A stretch of 64,000 nucleotides of DNA from Lepidodermella squamata. Taxonomy: Eukaryota > Animalia > Gastrotricha. A program made the position numbers and the translations under genes. Below are positions 1 to 12,127 of the stretch, piece by piece. The notes under the pieces were generated by a model. That model had not been told where the DNA came from and ran no database searches. It saw nothing but the letters and a program-made list of their open reading frames with translations. The stretch's first letter is position 1. The number at the start of each line of letters is the position of its first letter. Location of the stretch: the NCBI GenBank assembly GCA_047495785.1, contig JBLDXI010000025.1, forward strand, positions 1,550,001-1,614,000. The letters run 5' to 3'.

Positions 1-46
1 TTCCATGGAGGCTAGATGATTCTTCAAATTACTGAGAGAGATACCG

Positions 47-350
47 ATTTATTGGTGGTCTGCGTTACATAATTATTAGTAACGTTGCCTTTAAGACACA
101 GAGATACGAATCAATTAATTTCAGTATAGGTGATATTTCTTAATAATAAGTATTGGTTAGTTATCGTTGTTTGGAATATAGATGGTGGTGAAGAATTCGA
201 ATACTGTCTTTGAGGGCCTGTGAAGCGATATCGATGGCTGTGCCGGCGTTGATTCCATAATCGCGCAGAAGTTTGACAGCTTCTGTTGTCAGGGATCCGC
301 GGGCACCGATGTATAGTCCATGTACTTCTAATGCGCTTATTTCAAATATT
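47..350 (-). mobile_element. 5'-truncated 3' end of an RLE-type (R2/NeSL group) non-LTR retrotransposon
   Basis: Minus-strand 340-161 reads ISALEVHGLYIGARGSLTTEAVKLLRDYGINAGTAIDIASQALKDSIRILHHHLYSKQR*. The GLxIGARG...SIxILxHHLY pattern resembles the C-terminus of restriction-like endonuclease retroelements. A short 3' UTR ends in AATAAA at about 52-47. Confidence 0.65.
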
Positions 351-419
351 AAGCTAGCTCAGGTTAGCTGATGTGGAATATTGGCGTGGTATGAAGCGGC
401 CCATAAAAAAGCTATAGTT

Positions 420-3128
420 TTATGATCTGTTAACAGCCCTCATCTCCGTCAATCTTCGCATAACGGCACGAGGTCTGATGTAATTAGATATCGACCAAAA
501 GAACGAATTGAAGAATGACATGGCTAGTCCCGCAAAAGCAATGACAGCATGTTGAGTAATCGCCTTTCTATCGAGCACTAGTAAAGCCAAAGATAGACTA
601 AATAAAAGCATGGGCTGGGTCGCTAAACCAGCAGCGATCATTCTGAACTCCGGACAACGACTCATGTTAGTTTTGCTTGACTTTATGCGGTAAATTCCGC
701 GCAGACCAACCATAAAAACGGCGAGATTGACGAATAGCAATGCAACCATCACAGGTATCTGATTCGGAGCAGAACATATAACAGAAAACGGTTCGAAAAC
801 TGTATCGGCCTCCACGACGTAGTAGCTACTCTCCAGTTGTATAAGAGAGCAAGACATTGAGTCGCTAACCATATAGATTACTGTGGTTAGCCCGCACAAC
901 CCCCCAAAGACGGGTGCCAGACCTGCGGTTCGTTTATCTGCTGCTGTAAGGTGGCTTTTCCTCATCAGTCGCATCCCATTTTCGTAATCTGCGCGTGAAA
1001 TTGGGGCGCTCCGTGAAGAAATGTTACTTGCTCGACTTATGCGAGTTTCCGCCATGATCAATCCGATCTCGTATAGCTTCACTGCGAGGAAATGCGACCT
1101 AGCTGCGATCAGACTATTTACAGCCGATATTGCCACCACAAACAAGATGTAACGAGAATAAGTCAAACCCAGGTGGCTAAAATCATGTGGGTCCAAACCA
1201 TCTCCACCGTCATATACGAACATCACCGAGACTGCATTCATCAACAAGCAGAAGCACAGCCCCGCGATCTTCGTTCTTTGAAAGTTCCTGCCTATTTTCA
1301 AAGTTCCCCGAAGCTTTGTATAAACCACTCCAATGAGATGCATTAGTTGAAGACCTGAAAGGACTCCAGCTATACTGCTAACAGTGGGCATCAACCATGT
1401 AGGGATACGAGTAGGTATATTTTGAAATGACGTGACATCTTTCGGTCGCTTTCCACCCCAAGCTGCCCATGCAAAATCATTATGAATGTAATCATTTGCA
1501 GAATCCCAAACATTCACCAGAGCTTGTCCATTCCAGTATTTGAACAGGACATCAGGTTGAACCAAGCCATCTCTCGTATACTTTATTACGGCCGTGCGCA
1601 AACCCTTTAGCAAGAGGTTCCTATGAGCATCGTTCAGAACTTTCGTGAACAGCAACTTGTTCTGCGATGAAGAGTAGTTAACAAGCGATAGGTTATAATT
1701 CGCCTTCAGAATCTTCTCCGCACCGGCTAGAGTCCACAATGCTTTCACGGTCATGTCGTAGCAGGTGTATCGGAAAATGTAATCAGGAGGTTGATATTTG
1801 TTCAAATACTCAGGAGAAGCCAGGGCTTGGTCGAGCTCTGCTAGTGTGTAGCCAAGTTGAGATTTGAAATCTGGTGTCGGCTGTCCGCCTTGAAAATCCC
1901 AGAAAATGTAAGAGTACTGTCGTAGAATGATCTCTCGAGTGCACTGCGTTCCGGCTACAACCGTTGGCAAATTTGCAGGTTCGAAAAACCCGTTCGCGCC
2001 TATAATGAAAACATGTCGCGCTCCTGTAATCCCAGCATTATAGGCTTCGCATAGAAATGTCCAGAGAACTCCGTAAATCCCCGATGGGGCAATAATATGT
2101 ATAATCCTTGCATCAGCACGGCGGAGAGCCTCCATGAGTGACTGGTCGACTTTTCCGACGATTACCTCAACAGCCGCGGCTGTGGCGTTGGATTTGACTC
2201 CAGCTGCCACGAAGCTCATAGCGTTTGTCACGAAATCACGGACCACAACAATTGAGAATCGATTCCAGTCTCCAAACTTTAAACAGAAAAACGATACAGA
2301 TAAAAGCACTTGATTAGAAGTAGAAATGTTAGTTGGATAGCTTAGCTATCAAGGAGAAAGCATGGAATAAACTGAAACCGCTCAACACGAAGAACGCTTT
2401 TTATGACAGGTAGAAAACGAACAAGGATAAATGTATTACAAAATCACCGCAACAAGGGGTAATTTCACTTTATATATAAAAAATGATTTTTTTGCTCAAG
2501 AGCAGATTCAGTAGCGAGCTAGATAGCCGGCTCGGCGGTGATTATGCTCTGCTACTGTTTCAGATTAATTTGTATTCGTGCCTAATCTTCTTAGTGGTTC
2601 AACTTAGTTTGGGATTCTCACCTGCTTGTAGAAATCATAGTACCGAGACTCGAATCCTAGCGATGCGGTTAGATAGAAATTTGGGTACAAAAACCGCCTT
2701 GTTACTATCTCTTGTACGTTGCAAGCCACAGCAACAGCTAGCAAGTCGACATGGTGTAGCATACCGCTGATTCCACGGCAGGAGTCAGGTACAAATGGCC
2801 CCAGGATGATTGGTGAAGGGTAAGTACCACTGCCAAAGAAGCCTGCTTTAATTTCGTCAACGTACTGCATCACAAGATAACCAGCTCGAGACGCCTTATC
2901 GTCTTCATAGCGAACGACGACTTCGTAGTCGGGCAGAAGGGTCGCATCAGCATTGATGCGATCGACTACCAGTTGAGTTGTAGCCTTGCAGGTCAAGCTG
3001 TAGTTTGTTAAAAGACCTGTGAAGCTCAGTATTTCCGGGATGACGATTTTTGTTCGCTTCCTCTCGGCGTTCGCGGCTCCGGTTAATTCAAGGCCAATCA
3101 ACAAAATCCCGGCAGCTACAAAAAGCAT
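420..3128 (-). CDS. Orphan class C GPCR (GABA-B-like: Venus flytrap + 7TM), paralog 1
   Basis: Two exons, 3128-2622 and 2276-420, joined by a GTGAGA...AAG intron (DFYKQ|FGDWNRF). Signal peptide MLFVAAGILLIG, ANF-receptor motifs INADATLLPDY and YPNFY, seven hydrophobic segments. No cysteine-rich domain. Confidence 0.85.
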
Positions 3129-3602
3129 TTCAAAAACATAACCTAAAATGCCTCGAATAAGAAATAAAAATCTGGGCTTTTGGTACCCGACGCATTTGAA
3201 TCTCGGGGCTGAAAGGCATTACCCATCTACTTTCTCGGTACACACGGCTGGTAAAAGATGGTACATGGTACAAAGCCTTAGCCTGCTCTTGTCTGTAAAA
3301 CCAGCATTTGGTCACCATATTCGCCATCTTCGAATCATTCAGCAATAAAGTAGCGACGTTATTTCTATTAAATGGCGGCTGTTTTTGAAACAAGCTGGGC
3401 ATTTCGCGCTAAGTCGCTGATTATAAGGTGGACGAGTGCGCAGAATACGCATTGCTGATTTGGAGGGCGATTAAAATTGGGTGAAATTTTACATTTTTTG
3501 GGCGGCAGGTTCTCATTCACTCTTCTAAATTGAATTCATATCGCGAGTAATCAGTTCTTATTAAATGTGGCGCTCTGCGTAGGATGATTGTCCTATATCT
3601 AA

Positions 3603-4078
3603 TGGATTTTCGAGGATGACGATTTTGTTCGCCTTCCTCGCGGCTCTGGTAAATTGAAGGCCAATAAGCAAAATTCCTGAATAGCAGCATTCCACAAACG
3701 TAAGTCATTATCATCATTACCCAAGCCGAATTTCTCGAATAAATAGTTTGAATCTAGGATGCATGCTGGGAGTTGCTTTTGAAAATATTATAGAATTGCC
3801 CAAAAATACAGGTGGAGTAGTCATTTTCTGTGTTTCTAGTACAAAATAGCGACACTTCCATCGCGTTCCGTCGTTTCTATTGAAGACACTTTTTGTCTAT
3901 GCATAAATAAGTAACAAGTTAAGTAGCACTACCAGATGACTGGATAATATGATTTCAAGGAAATTAATGACAAGTACTGCTAGCTCAATTTTCTAAATTG
4001 AACACATATCTCGATAGCCTTCACCGCTTATTAAACATCCTGCTTCTTTGTGTATGATGAACGATTCTCCTATACACA
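3603..4078 (-). pseudogene. Decayed 5' end and upstream region of a fourth class C GPCR paralog
   Basis: 3690-3603 encodes a frameshifted GILLIGLQFTRAARKANKIVILE, compared with GILLIGLELTGAANAERKRTKIVIPE in paralog 1. 3751-3788 resembles 10121-10163, and 3951-4078 resembles 11118-11243, both upstream of paralog 2. Confidence 0.7.
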
Positions 4079-4412
4079 AAGAGACCGAAGCACTGCTAGG
4101 GGTGGTACGGATCATCCCTATACCAGTTCAATCGGTCCGCACGGTGAACTCAGTCAAAGATCAAAGGGGGCCCTTACCTCGATTTTCCTTATCCTAACCA
4201 GTTCGTCTGCCCTACTTTCCTCTCTGACATAATTTCTAATGTCTGATATCTTCTAGTGTATATTTCTCGGGTTCTAGGCTAGCTAGGTAATAGCATTGTA
4301 TGGATAGATACCGTAGTAGCTACTTACAGCTGAATCTTTGGTCTGCGCGTGACATTCGAGCACCTATCAAGGAAGGGATTCTTGCTCGGCTGATGCAAGC
4401 TTCCGCTGTGCC

Positions 4413-4617
4413 CATAGAGAACAGAAGTACAAGAGAGGAAACTCGCGCTGGAAACTTGAAACATTGAATCGAAGCGGTTTTTTCACAAAATGCGCGTGTT
4501 TTTTTAGCGCACATTTTTTGAACTACTTATGCCCAAAGGGGCGGGTCCGTATACGGAATAGCAAATTTTTAGGAAGTGTTGGAGTAACACCCTTTTTTCT
4601 TACTTCTGTTCTCTATG
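4413..4617. mobile_element. 205-bp MITE, P-element-like (CATAGAG termini, 8-bp TSD)
   Basis: TIRs CATAGAGAACAGAAGTA / TACTTCTGTTCTCTATG. Direct repeat GCTGTGCC at 4405-4412 and 4618-4625. Confidence 0.85.
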
Positions 4618-5068
4618 GCTGTGCCAATTATTAATCCGATCAAAGATTCCAATTCAGGGTTTAGCTGTGATTTTGGCGCCACTCAGCTGTAGACTTTTGG
4701 CTTTTCAAGGGTCACCTTGTCGACATAGAGAACGGCATTCTCTATGTTGTTGGCAAATGCTGTTACTAGTTGTTTCGAACCGCCAAAAAGTCCTTTAAGC
4801 CCGATAGCGAAATCCCCTTCAAATCAATTTCGAAAACATGAGGGGTGAGGGGAAACCCTTATGCTTTCTTAAAAAATCCAAATTTCCGGACACTTAGGGT
4901 GATGAAACAAAGTTTCAATAACTCACAATATTTTGCGTTATGTCGTGGATTAGCAAAAATTTATTGACATTGTGGCAAAGAAGATAAATTAAATATAGAC
5001 TGAAACATCGATTAATGATACCGGAAAAGCAAGTATTTTTTCGAGAAACGCGATAACCCAGAAAAGCT

Positions 5069-6206
5069 TCATAAAGGCCTTATCGGAATCGACGGTGACT
5101 CAACTACTTTTGGATCTCTTATGATGAGATAAACTTCTGAGCTGGAACTTTTTAAACCTCGAGAAAGGCAACACAGAGAGGCCACACGTCTTCGAAATGG
5201 AGGACTAATCAAACATGCAAATGGTAACGTGGAGCTGTAGCTTATTATTGTCAACGATACAACACTCTGAGCGAGGAATGATTGAATCCGCGGAGAGAAT
5301 GCTTCGCTATCGAATTTTGACCAAAAGACCTTGACTGGAAATGGGCCAAGGATCAGCAAAATTAGCTCGATCGACAAATAAAACATGACGTAGATTGTCA
5401 GACTTATAGCCTGGTGACGTTTTCGATCCTCGGCTTTCCTTAGCTTCGTGATGCTGGGTCGTCTCGACCAAGATAGGAGTTTTATGATGGTCAGAATTTC
5501 AGCTGTGGCTGTTATCGCTAGAAAACCTGGAAGAATATAAACTAATATTTTGCATTGACAAGACGCGAGAAAACATACCGTACATAACAAGAATCATGCC
5601 GATTGAGTAGATCGTGAACCAGTTCCATCCACCAACTGGCCATCTATATAACACGCAAATATCCAAATTCAGCAGGCCATCTTCAGGAGTAACAACGTCG
5701 AAAACAGCCATGCGGGGAAAATTAAGTATGACCATCGAAATGCAACCTAACAGCACCACGATGCGGACTCGTTTCTGACGACCGCGGTCAAGCATCGAAT
5801 GCATTGATGGAGTTTTAGTTTTTAGATACAAATGCTCCTCCACCGCCATCTGCGCTACGAGACACGTCATCAGCGAAGATGAATACAGATAAACTCCAAT
5901 CGATGTGACCATGATGACCCCAGTTGTGAAGGTGTATTGGAAGTAATAGGTAACTGATGAGGTGATTAATGGTGAGGCGATTGCAATGCTTTGAACCAAG
6001 CACATAGACCTGATGATGAAGAATGTAGGTGCGGGAAACGCGGTCTTGTCGCAAAAAATCCAAAAAGTGACCAGGTTCCCGATAATACCTAATATGCTGA
6101 TGATTGGCCGCAAGACACCGAATAGAACGTTGTCCCACGCTTGATCGCGACTTGCTATCAAAACTTGACATGTCAGATTACTGATATTCATCGAATGGAT
6201 TAACAT
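5069..6206 (-). CDS. Divergent rhodopsin-family (class A) GPCR, peptide/chemoreceptor-like
   Basis: TM1 GIIGNLVT and seven hydrophobic segments across two frames. The frames are joined by a putative 37-nt GTATGT...TTAG intron (5578-5542), giving TM5 ...ILVMYVYILPGFL. Ends ...ISPPFRR as in helix 8. Confidence 0.75.
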
Positions 6207-7440
6207 TTTCTACAAATTGATAGATAACATCAACCTATCCAGTAGGCAAACCAGGGCCGTCGGAGAAATACTTATAATTGTTGGTTTCTTCGCTCTTTAT
6301 ACATACTTTATACCAATGTCTCATGATGGAGTAAAGAGCAGATGATAAGTACTCCAATTGGCAAGAATTTCCCACTTAACAAAGAAATCGATTAATGGAT
6401 GCAAAGAAAGTAGTCTAAAATAAAGCAAAAACGCTAAAGGCAAATAGTTATTCATCGCTCGCTTATTCAAAATTCGTTAGAAGCCACAAATAAATCTCGG
6501 ATGAGTGCTGGTGCTGGGTAACTTTTCTCGCTACCGAATTACTGAATTACTTAAAGTCAATGTAGTGTATACATGTTTTAGTGCGATCTAAAGCCTTATA
6601 GTAGGTCAAAAGTAAAAATTATTCAGAGCTCATTCACCGCTTTGAGAACCTAAATAAGAACTTGATAATCCTTTAGGATCATGGCCACAAGAGCGGATGG
6701 AAACCGCGCAAGCTTAGTATGCAGAGGAAATAATATTTTTGTTTATGCGTTCCGCCTTCCTATTATTGCGATCAAAAACTGTCTTTTAGGCGTACCCATA
6801 TGGAAAATGAAAACTTCATTTTTATCACAAAGCAAGCATGCCAATAATAATTGTCCTGAAAACAAATAGTTGGCTACTTGGTCTACGAGGTAAAATCCGT
6901 GTTTGAGGTTATAGCCCAGCGCAAAGGCGAGGCATTTTGCAGCAACGGCAAGAGTCATATCATGCTGAGAATAAGAAACTTATGATATTTACTCAATTCT
7001 TGATTCCTATTTTTTATCGTCTGCATCACAGTGGTACGTTTTTGCTGAACTAATCAGTTGTCATCTCGTGTCGATTTTTCACGATGAATTCGACACAAGC
7101 CGCGGGTGAATAAAAACTACGCCGTGAGTTTCGCGACATCCATTTCCATTAACATACAGCGCAGATTTGAGAATGATTTAGATCTGACTGATCCGTATTT
7201 TTTCTATTCGATTATGGGTGATAATCCCACAGGGTTTGCACAGTAATATTTTCGCTGAACTCAGCTGGATCATAGTAAATGCAAAAATAGCCCAGTTTAG
7301 CTGTGTTTAGCTGTCGTAGCGCGATTGTCTGAGTTGGAGAAAGCCTACAGTGGGTTCTTCAGGGTTCTGTTATTTATTTGCAAAGTTTATTTGAAACTTT
7401 TTCGAGAGTAGCTGATTCGAGATTAACAAATAGCGATTAG

Positions 7441-10072
7441 TTAAGATCTGTTAACAGCCCTCATCTCAGTCAATCTTCGCATAGCGGAGCGAAGCCTAAT
7501 GTAATTAGATATCGACCAAAAGAACGAATTGAAGAATGACATGGCTAGTCCCGCAAAAGCAATGACAGCATGTTGAGTAATCGCCTTTCTATCGAGCACT
7601 AGTAAAGCCAAAGATAGACTAAATAAAAGCATGGGCTGGGTCGCTAAACCAGCAGCGATCATTCTGAACTCCGGACAACGACTCATGTTGGTTTTGCTTG
7701 ACTTTATTCGATAGATCCCGCGTAGACCAACCATAAACACGGCGAGATTGACGAATAGCAATGCAACCATCACAGGTATCTGATTCGGGGCGGAACATAT
7801 AACAGAAAGAGATTCGAAAACAGCATCGGCCTCGACGACGTAGTAGCTACTCTCCAGTTGAACAAGAGAGCATGACATTGAGTTGCTAACCATATAGATT
7901 CCAGTGGTTATCCCGCACAACCCCCCGAAAACGGGGGCTATGCCTACTGTTTGCTTATCCGCTGCTTTAAGGTGGCTTCTCCTAATCAGCCGAATCTCGT
8001 TTTCGTAATCAGCGCGGGATATTGGCGCACTTCTTGAAGATGTGTTACTTGCGCGACTAACGTGAGCTTCCGCTACATTCAATCCGATCTCGTATAGCTT
8101 CGCTGCGAGAAAATGCGGTCTAGCTGCGATCAGACTATTCAAAGCCGAAATCGCAACAGCAAGCAAGATGTATCGAGAATACGTTAGATCAAGGTGGACA
8201 TGATCACGCGGGACCAAACCATCCCCGCCGAAATATACAAATAGTATTGAGACTGAATTTATCAACAAGCAGGTGCACAACCCCAGAACTTTCGTTCTTT
8301 GAAAAGTTATTCCCAATTTCAAAGTGCCCCGAAGTTTTTTGTAAGACATTCCAATAAGATGAATGAACTGTAGTGCTGACAAGACTCCAGCTATACTGAC
8401 AACGGTTGGCAACAACCATATAGGGCTGGTTGTAGGAATAATGTGGACAGACGTTACATCTTTCGGTCGCTTTCCACCCCAAGCTGTCCATGCAAAATCA
8501 TTATGAATGTAATCGTTTGCAGAATCCCAAACATTCACCAGAGCTTGCCCATTCCAGTATTTGAACAATACATCAGGTTGAACCAAGCCATCTCTCGTAT
8601 ACTTTATTACGGCCGTGCGCAAACCCTTTAGCAAGAGGTTCCTATGAACATCGTTCAGAACTTTCGTGAACAGCAACTTGTTCTGCGATGAAGAGTAGTT
8701 AACAAGCGATAGATTGTAGTTCGCCTTCAGGAGCTTCTCCGCACCGGCCAGAGTCCACAGTGCCTTGACAGTCATATCGTAGCATGTGTATCGGAAAATA
8801 TACTCAGGAGGCCGGTACTTGTTCAAATACTCGGGCGCGTCAAGAGCTTGATCAAGCTCAGTCAGAGTGTAGCCAAGTTGAGATTTGAAATCTGGCGTTG
8901 GCTGTCCACCCTGGTACTCCCAGAAAATGTACGGATACTGCTTCAGGATAGTCTCCCTTGTACACAATGTTCCGGTTACAACAGCTGGCAAGTTTCCGGG
9001 TTCGAAATACCCGTTCGCATTGACGATGAAAACATATCGTGCTCCAGTGATCCCAGCACTATATGCTTCGCATAAAAATGTCCAGAGAACTCCGTAAATC
9101 GTGGATGGAGCAATAATATGGATAATCCTTGCGTCAGCGCGTCGGAGAGCTTCCATGAGTGATTTTTCAACTTTTCCGACGATTACCTCAACTGCGGCGG
9201 CCGTGGCATTGGCTTTGACTCCAGCTGTCACGAAGCCCATAGCATTAGTCACAAAATCGCGGACCACAACGATTGAGAATCGATTCCAGTTTCCGAACTT
9301 TAAATATAGAGAAAAATACTCCGATCAGAGTCTTTTAGGCATCCAATCGATTGCGCGAGCATCAAGAAAGGGTACCACACTTTGGTAAATGAAATAGCAG
9401 CTATACGCAATACGAGATTTTCCTATATTCATCGCAAATCAGAATCTCAGGAATCTTGAATTGCAAATCAAAGCTATGATTTATAATTATTAGGAAGATA
9501 CTACTGTTACATATTATCTATATGTGTTTTATTAGTTATGGTACAACTTCTCTCCTGCTGATTCTCACCTGCTTGTAGAAATCGTAGTAACGGTTCTCGG
9601 ATCCGAGTGCTGCCGTTAGATAGAAATTGGGGTACAAATACCGCCTTGTTACCATCTCTTGTATGTTGCACGCCACAGCGACAGCCAGCAAATCGACATG
9701 GTGTAACATACCGCTGATGCCTCGACAAGAGTCGGGCATAAATGGCCCCAGGATAATCGGAGAAGGATAGGTCCCATTGCCGAAAAGACCTGCCGTAATT
9801 TCGTCAACGTACTGCATCACAACGTAACCAGCTCGAGACGCCTTATCGTCTTCATAGCGAACGACGACTTCGTAGTCGGGCAGAAGGGTCGCATCAGCAT
9901 TGACGCGGTCAACAACCAGTTGAGTTGTGGCCTTACAGGTCAAGCTGTAGTTCGTTAAAACACCTGTGAAGCTCATTATTTCTGGGATAATGATTTTGTT
10001 TCGCTTCATCTCGGCGTTCGCAGCTCCGATCAACTCAGGGCCAATCAACAAAATTATTGCAGCAACAAGCAT
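7441..10072 (-). CDS. Orphan class C GPCR, paralog 2
   Basis: Exons 10072-9569 and 9297-7441. Same intron position as paralog 1 and high similarity to it. Confidence 0.85.
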
Positions 10073-10235
10073 TCCATTAATTTTACCTAAGCTGAACAAT
10101 AATTCCTCAAACAAGCAGTAAGAATCGAGGATGTTGGATTGATAGGAGTCGCTTTTGAAAATGTCGCTTTAACCTGCAATTGAAATCCAGGCCTAATTAT
10201 CTCCCGCTGAAATTTTCGAAATAACAATTAAAAAA

Positions 10236-11068
10236 GGACGAGGCTATTCGGACACAGCGAAATGTGTGTCACGCAATGGCTATTCGAACACATTGTGTGC
10301 GCGCGTTTCGCTATTTGAACACACTGTGTATGCGTGATTGGCTACTCGAAAAGCGGAAGTGGCTATTCGAACACAACCCTCGAAGTCGAGGAATAACGGT
10401 AATCGGCTAGCGATAAGACTAATTGACCGGATTTAAGACGGATTTAGCGTTTTAGTATAATTTCAAAGACTATCCCTCCTAGTGTTCTGTATTCTTGATT
10501 TAAACCTATCCTCACCGCCCGCGCCTCCAATGGTATCAAGGGGTCTCACCTCGCCGCGCGCTTTTAAGACCGCCGGCAAGCCAAATTGAAATAAAACCGA
10601 AAGCTGACGTCCGGCGAGCTTCGAGTTCGAGCTATCAAATCGCTAATTATCAGTTGAAATCACGCCGCGCAGCAGCATTTTATCGGAATTTCGGCCAGAC
10701 TCGATGACCGGGACCCAAAATCAAAGAGAGCGGCCTTTATTGCTTTATTGCTTTATTGCTTTATCGCCTTTATTGCTGATGCCAATGCGCGCTCAAATTT
10801 TGGACCGGGTATTATCCCGTTATGCTGGTATTTCGTATTTTCGCTGTTTTAGCATTTTCCGGACTAACAAAAAGTTGTGAAAATCCGGATTTCGGTGATT
10901 AGCAGGTGACTTGAGATGCTGTGTTCAAATAGCCGACTGCGCGCACACACTTCACGCCCACTTGTATTCGAGTAGCCAGTCACGCGCACACACTGTTTTC
11001 GAATAGCCTGTTCGAATAGCCATTATGCATTATGTGACACACAATTTTGTGTCCGAATAGCCACATTC
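10236..11068. mobile_element. Non-autonomous Mutator-like (MULE) DNA transposon, 833 bp
   Basis: 9-bp TSD ATTAAAAAA at 10227-10235 and 11069-11077. G...C termini. Long imperfect TIRs built from repeated GGCTATTCG(G/A)ACAC motifs. Internal (CTTTATTG)n. Confidence 0.85.
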
Positions 11069-12127
11069 ATTAAAAAAGTATGGAAACTATAAGTGAAGCA
11101 CAGCATTGCATGCGCTGGATTTCAAGGAAATAAATGGCAAATGCTGCTAGTTCAATTTTCTAAATTGACTACTTATCGCGAGCCATCATCTCTTATTAAA
11201 TGTCATATAAGTACTTTGCGTGTGATGAACGGCTGTCCTATACCTGTCTTATGTCTACGAGCCCTGCTGAAGGTACTTAGAAAATGTGATTGAGCGGTGC
11301 TCAAACGATGAAATTGGCTGAACGCTCTAACACCATGTGTGCTCGCATCGATTGCTCGATTCATTGAGCAATTAATTTAGGGATATAAGTAAATTGGAAC
11401 CACGCAATGTGTAGTAATAATCCTGAATCGTAAGTGCTTACAAGTACGCGGATGTACTTAGAGAAAGTCGAGTTCTTGGCCGCGAAGATATTGCATGGTA
11501 AGGGGTAAGGGTGATGGCTCTTATTCTTCAGAGCTGTTGCAATAGTTTCTAGGAATTTTTTAAAAGCTATTTGAACAGATTAAATGTACGGGAATCAAGG
11601 CATTCACGCATGAGATGGCAATGCTACATAGTACGATAGTAATTTGGCACCATTATAACATAGATAAATTTATTTTAATTACACTAAAATATAAACAACA
11701 GTCGAAAATGTCTGTTTTGTGATAGAAAGGACGCTTCAAATGAAATGGAGGAACTGTGCGATGAGCATATTCTATCCTGACGATGCGGCTTAGTCGGTAC
11801 GTCGTATCGGAACGCCCGGAAACTGCTAAAGCTTTATTGGAAAAGGAAGTGAGAGAGAATAATAAATCAAGGAAATATTACGGTAAATTGAAAGCAAAGA
11901 AATGCTAACTATGTGACCGCTTATAGTTTTTGCGGTCGATTCAATCTTGATATCATCCACTTTTGAACTCTAATGAAAACAATGATTGTGGAAAGTGGTA
12001 GAACTATTGAAAAAGTGAGTACATAGATAACATACTATAAATTTTATGCATATAAGTATACCAAGTCTGAGATTTTTCGTTCGAGATACATGAATGCTCA
12101 CGAAGTCACTGATCAGCAATTTGACTT

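Noticed and set aside
47-350. Site-specific insertion of the RLE retroelement into an rRNA or snRNA gene
   Set aside because: No recognisable rRNA, U2 or spliced-leader sequence flanks the fragment.
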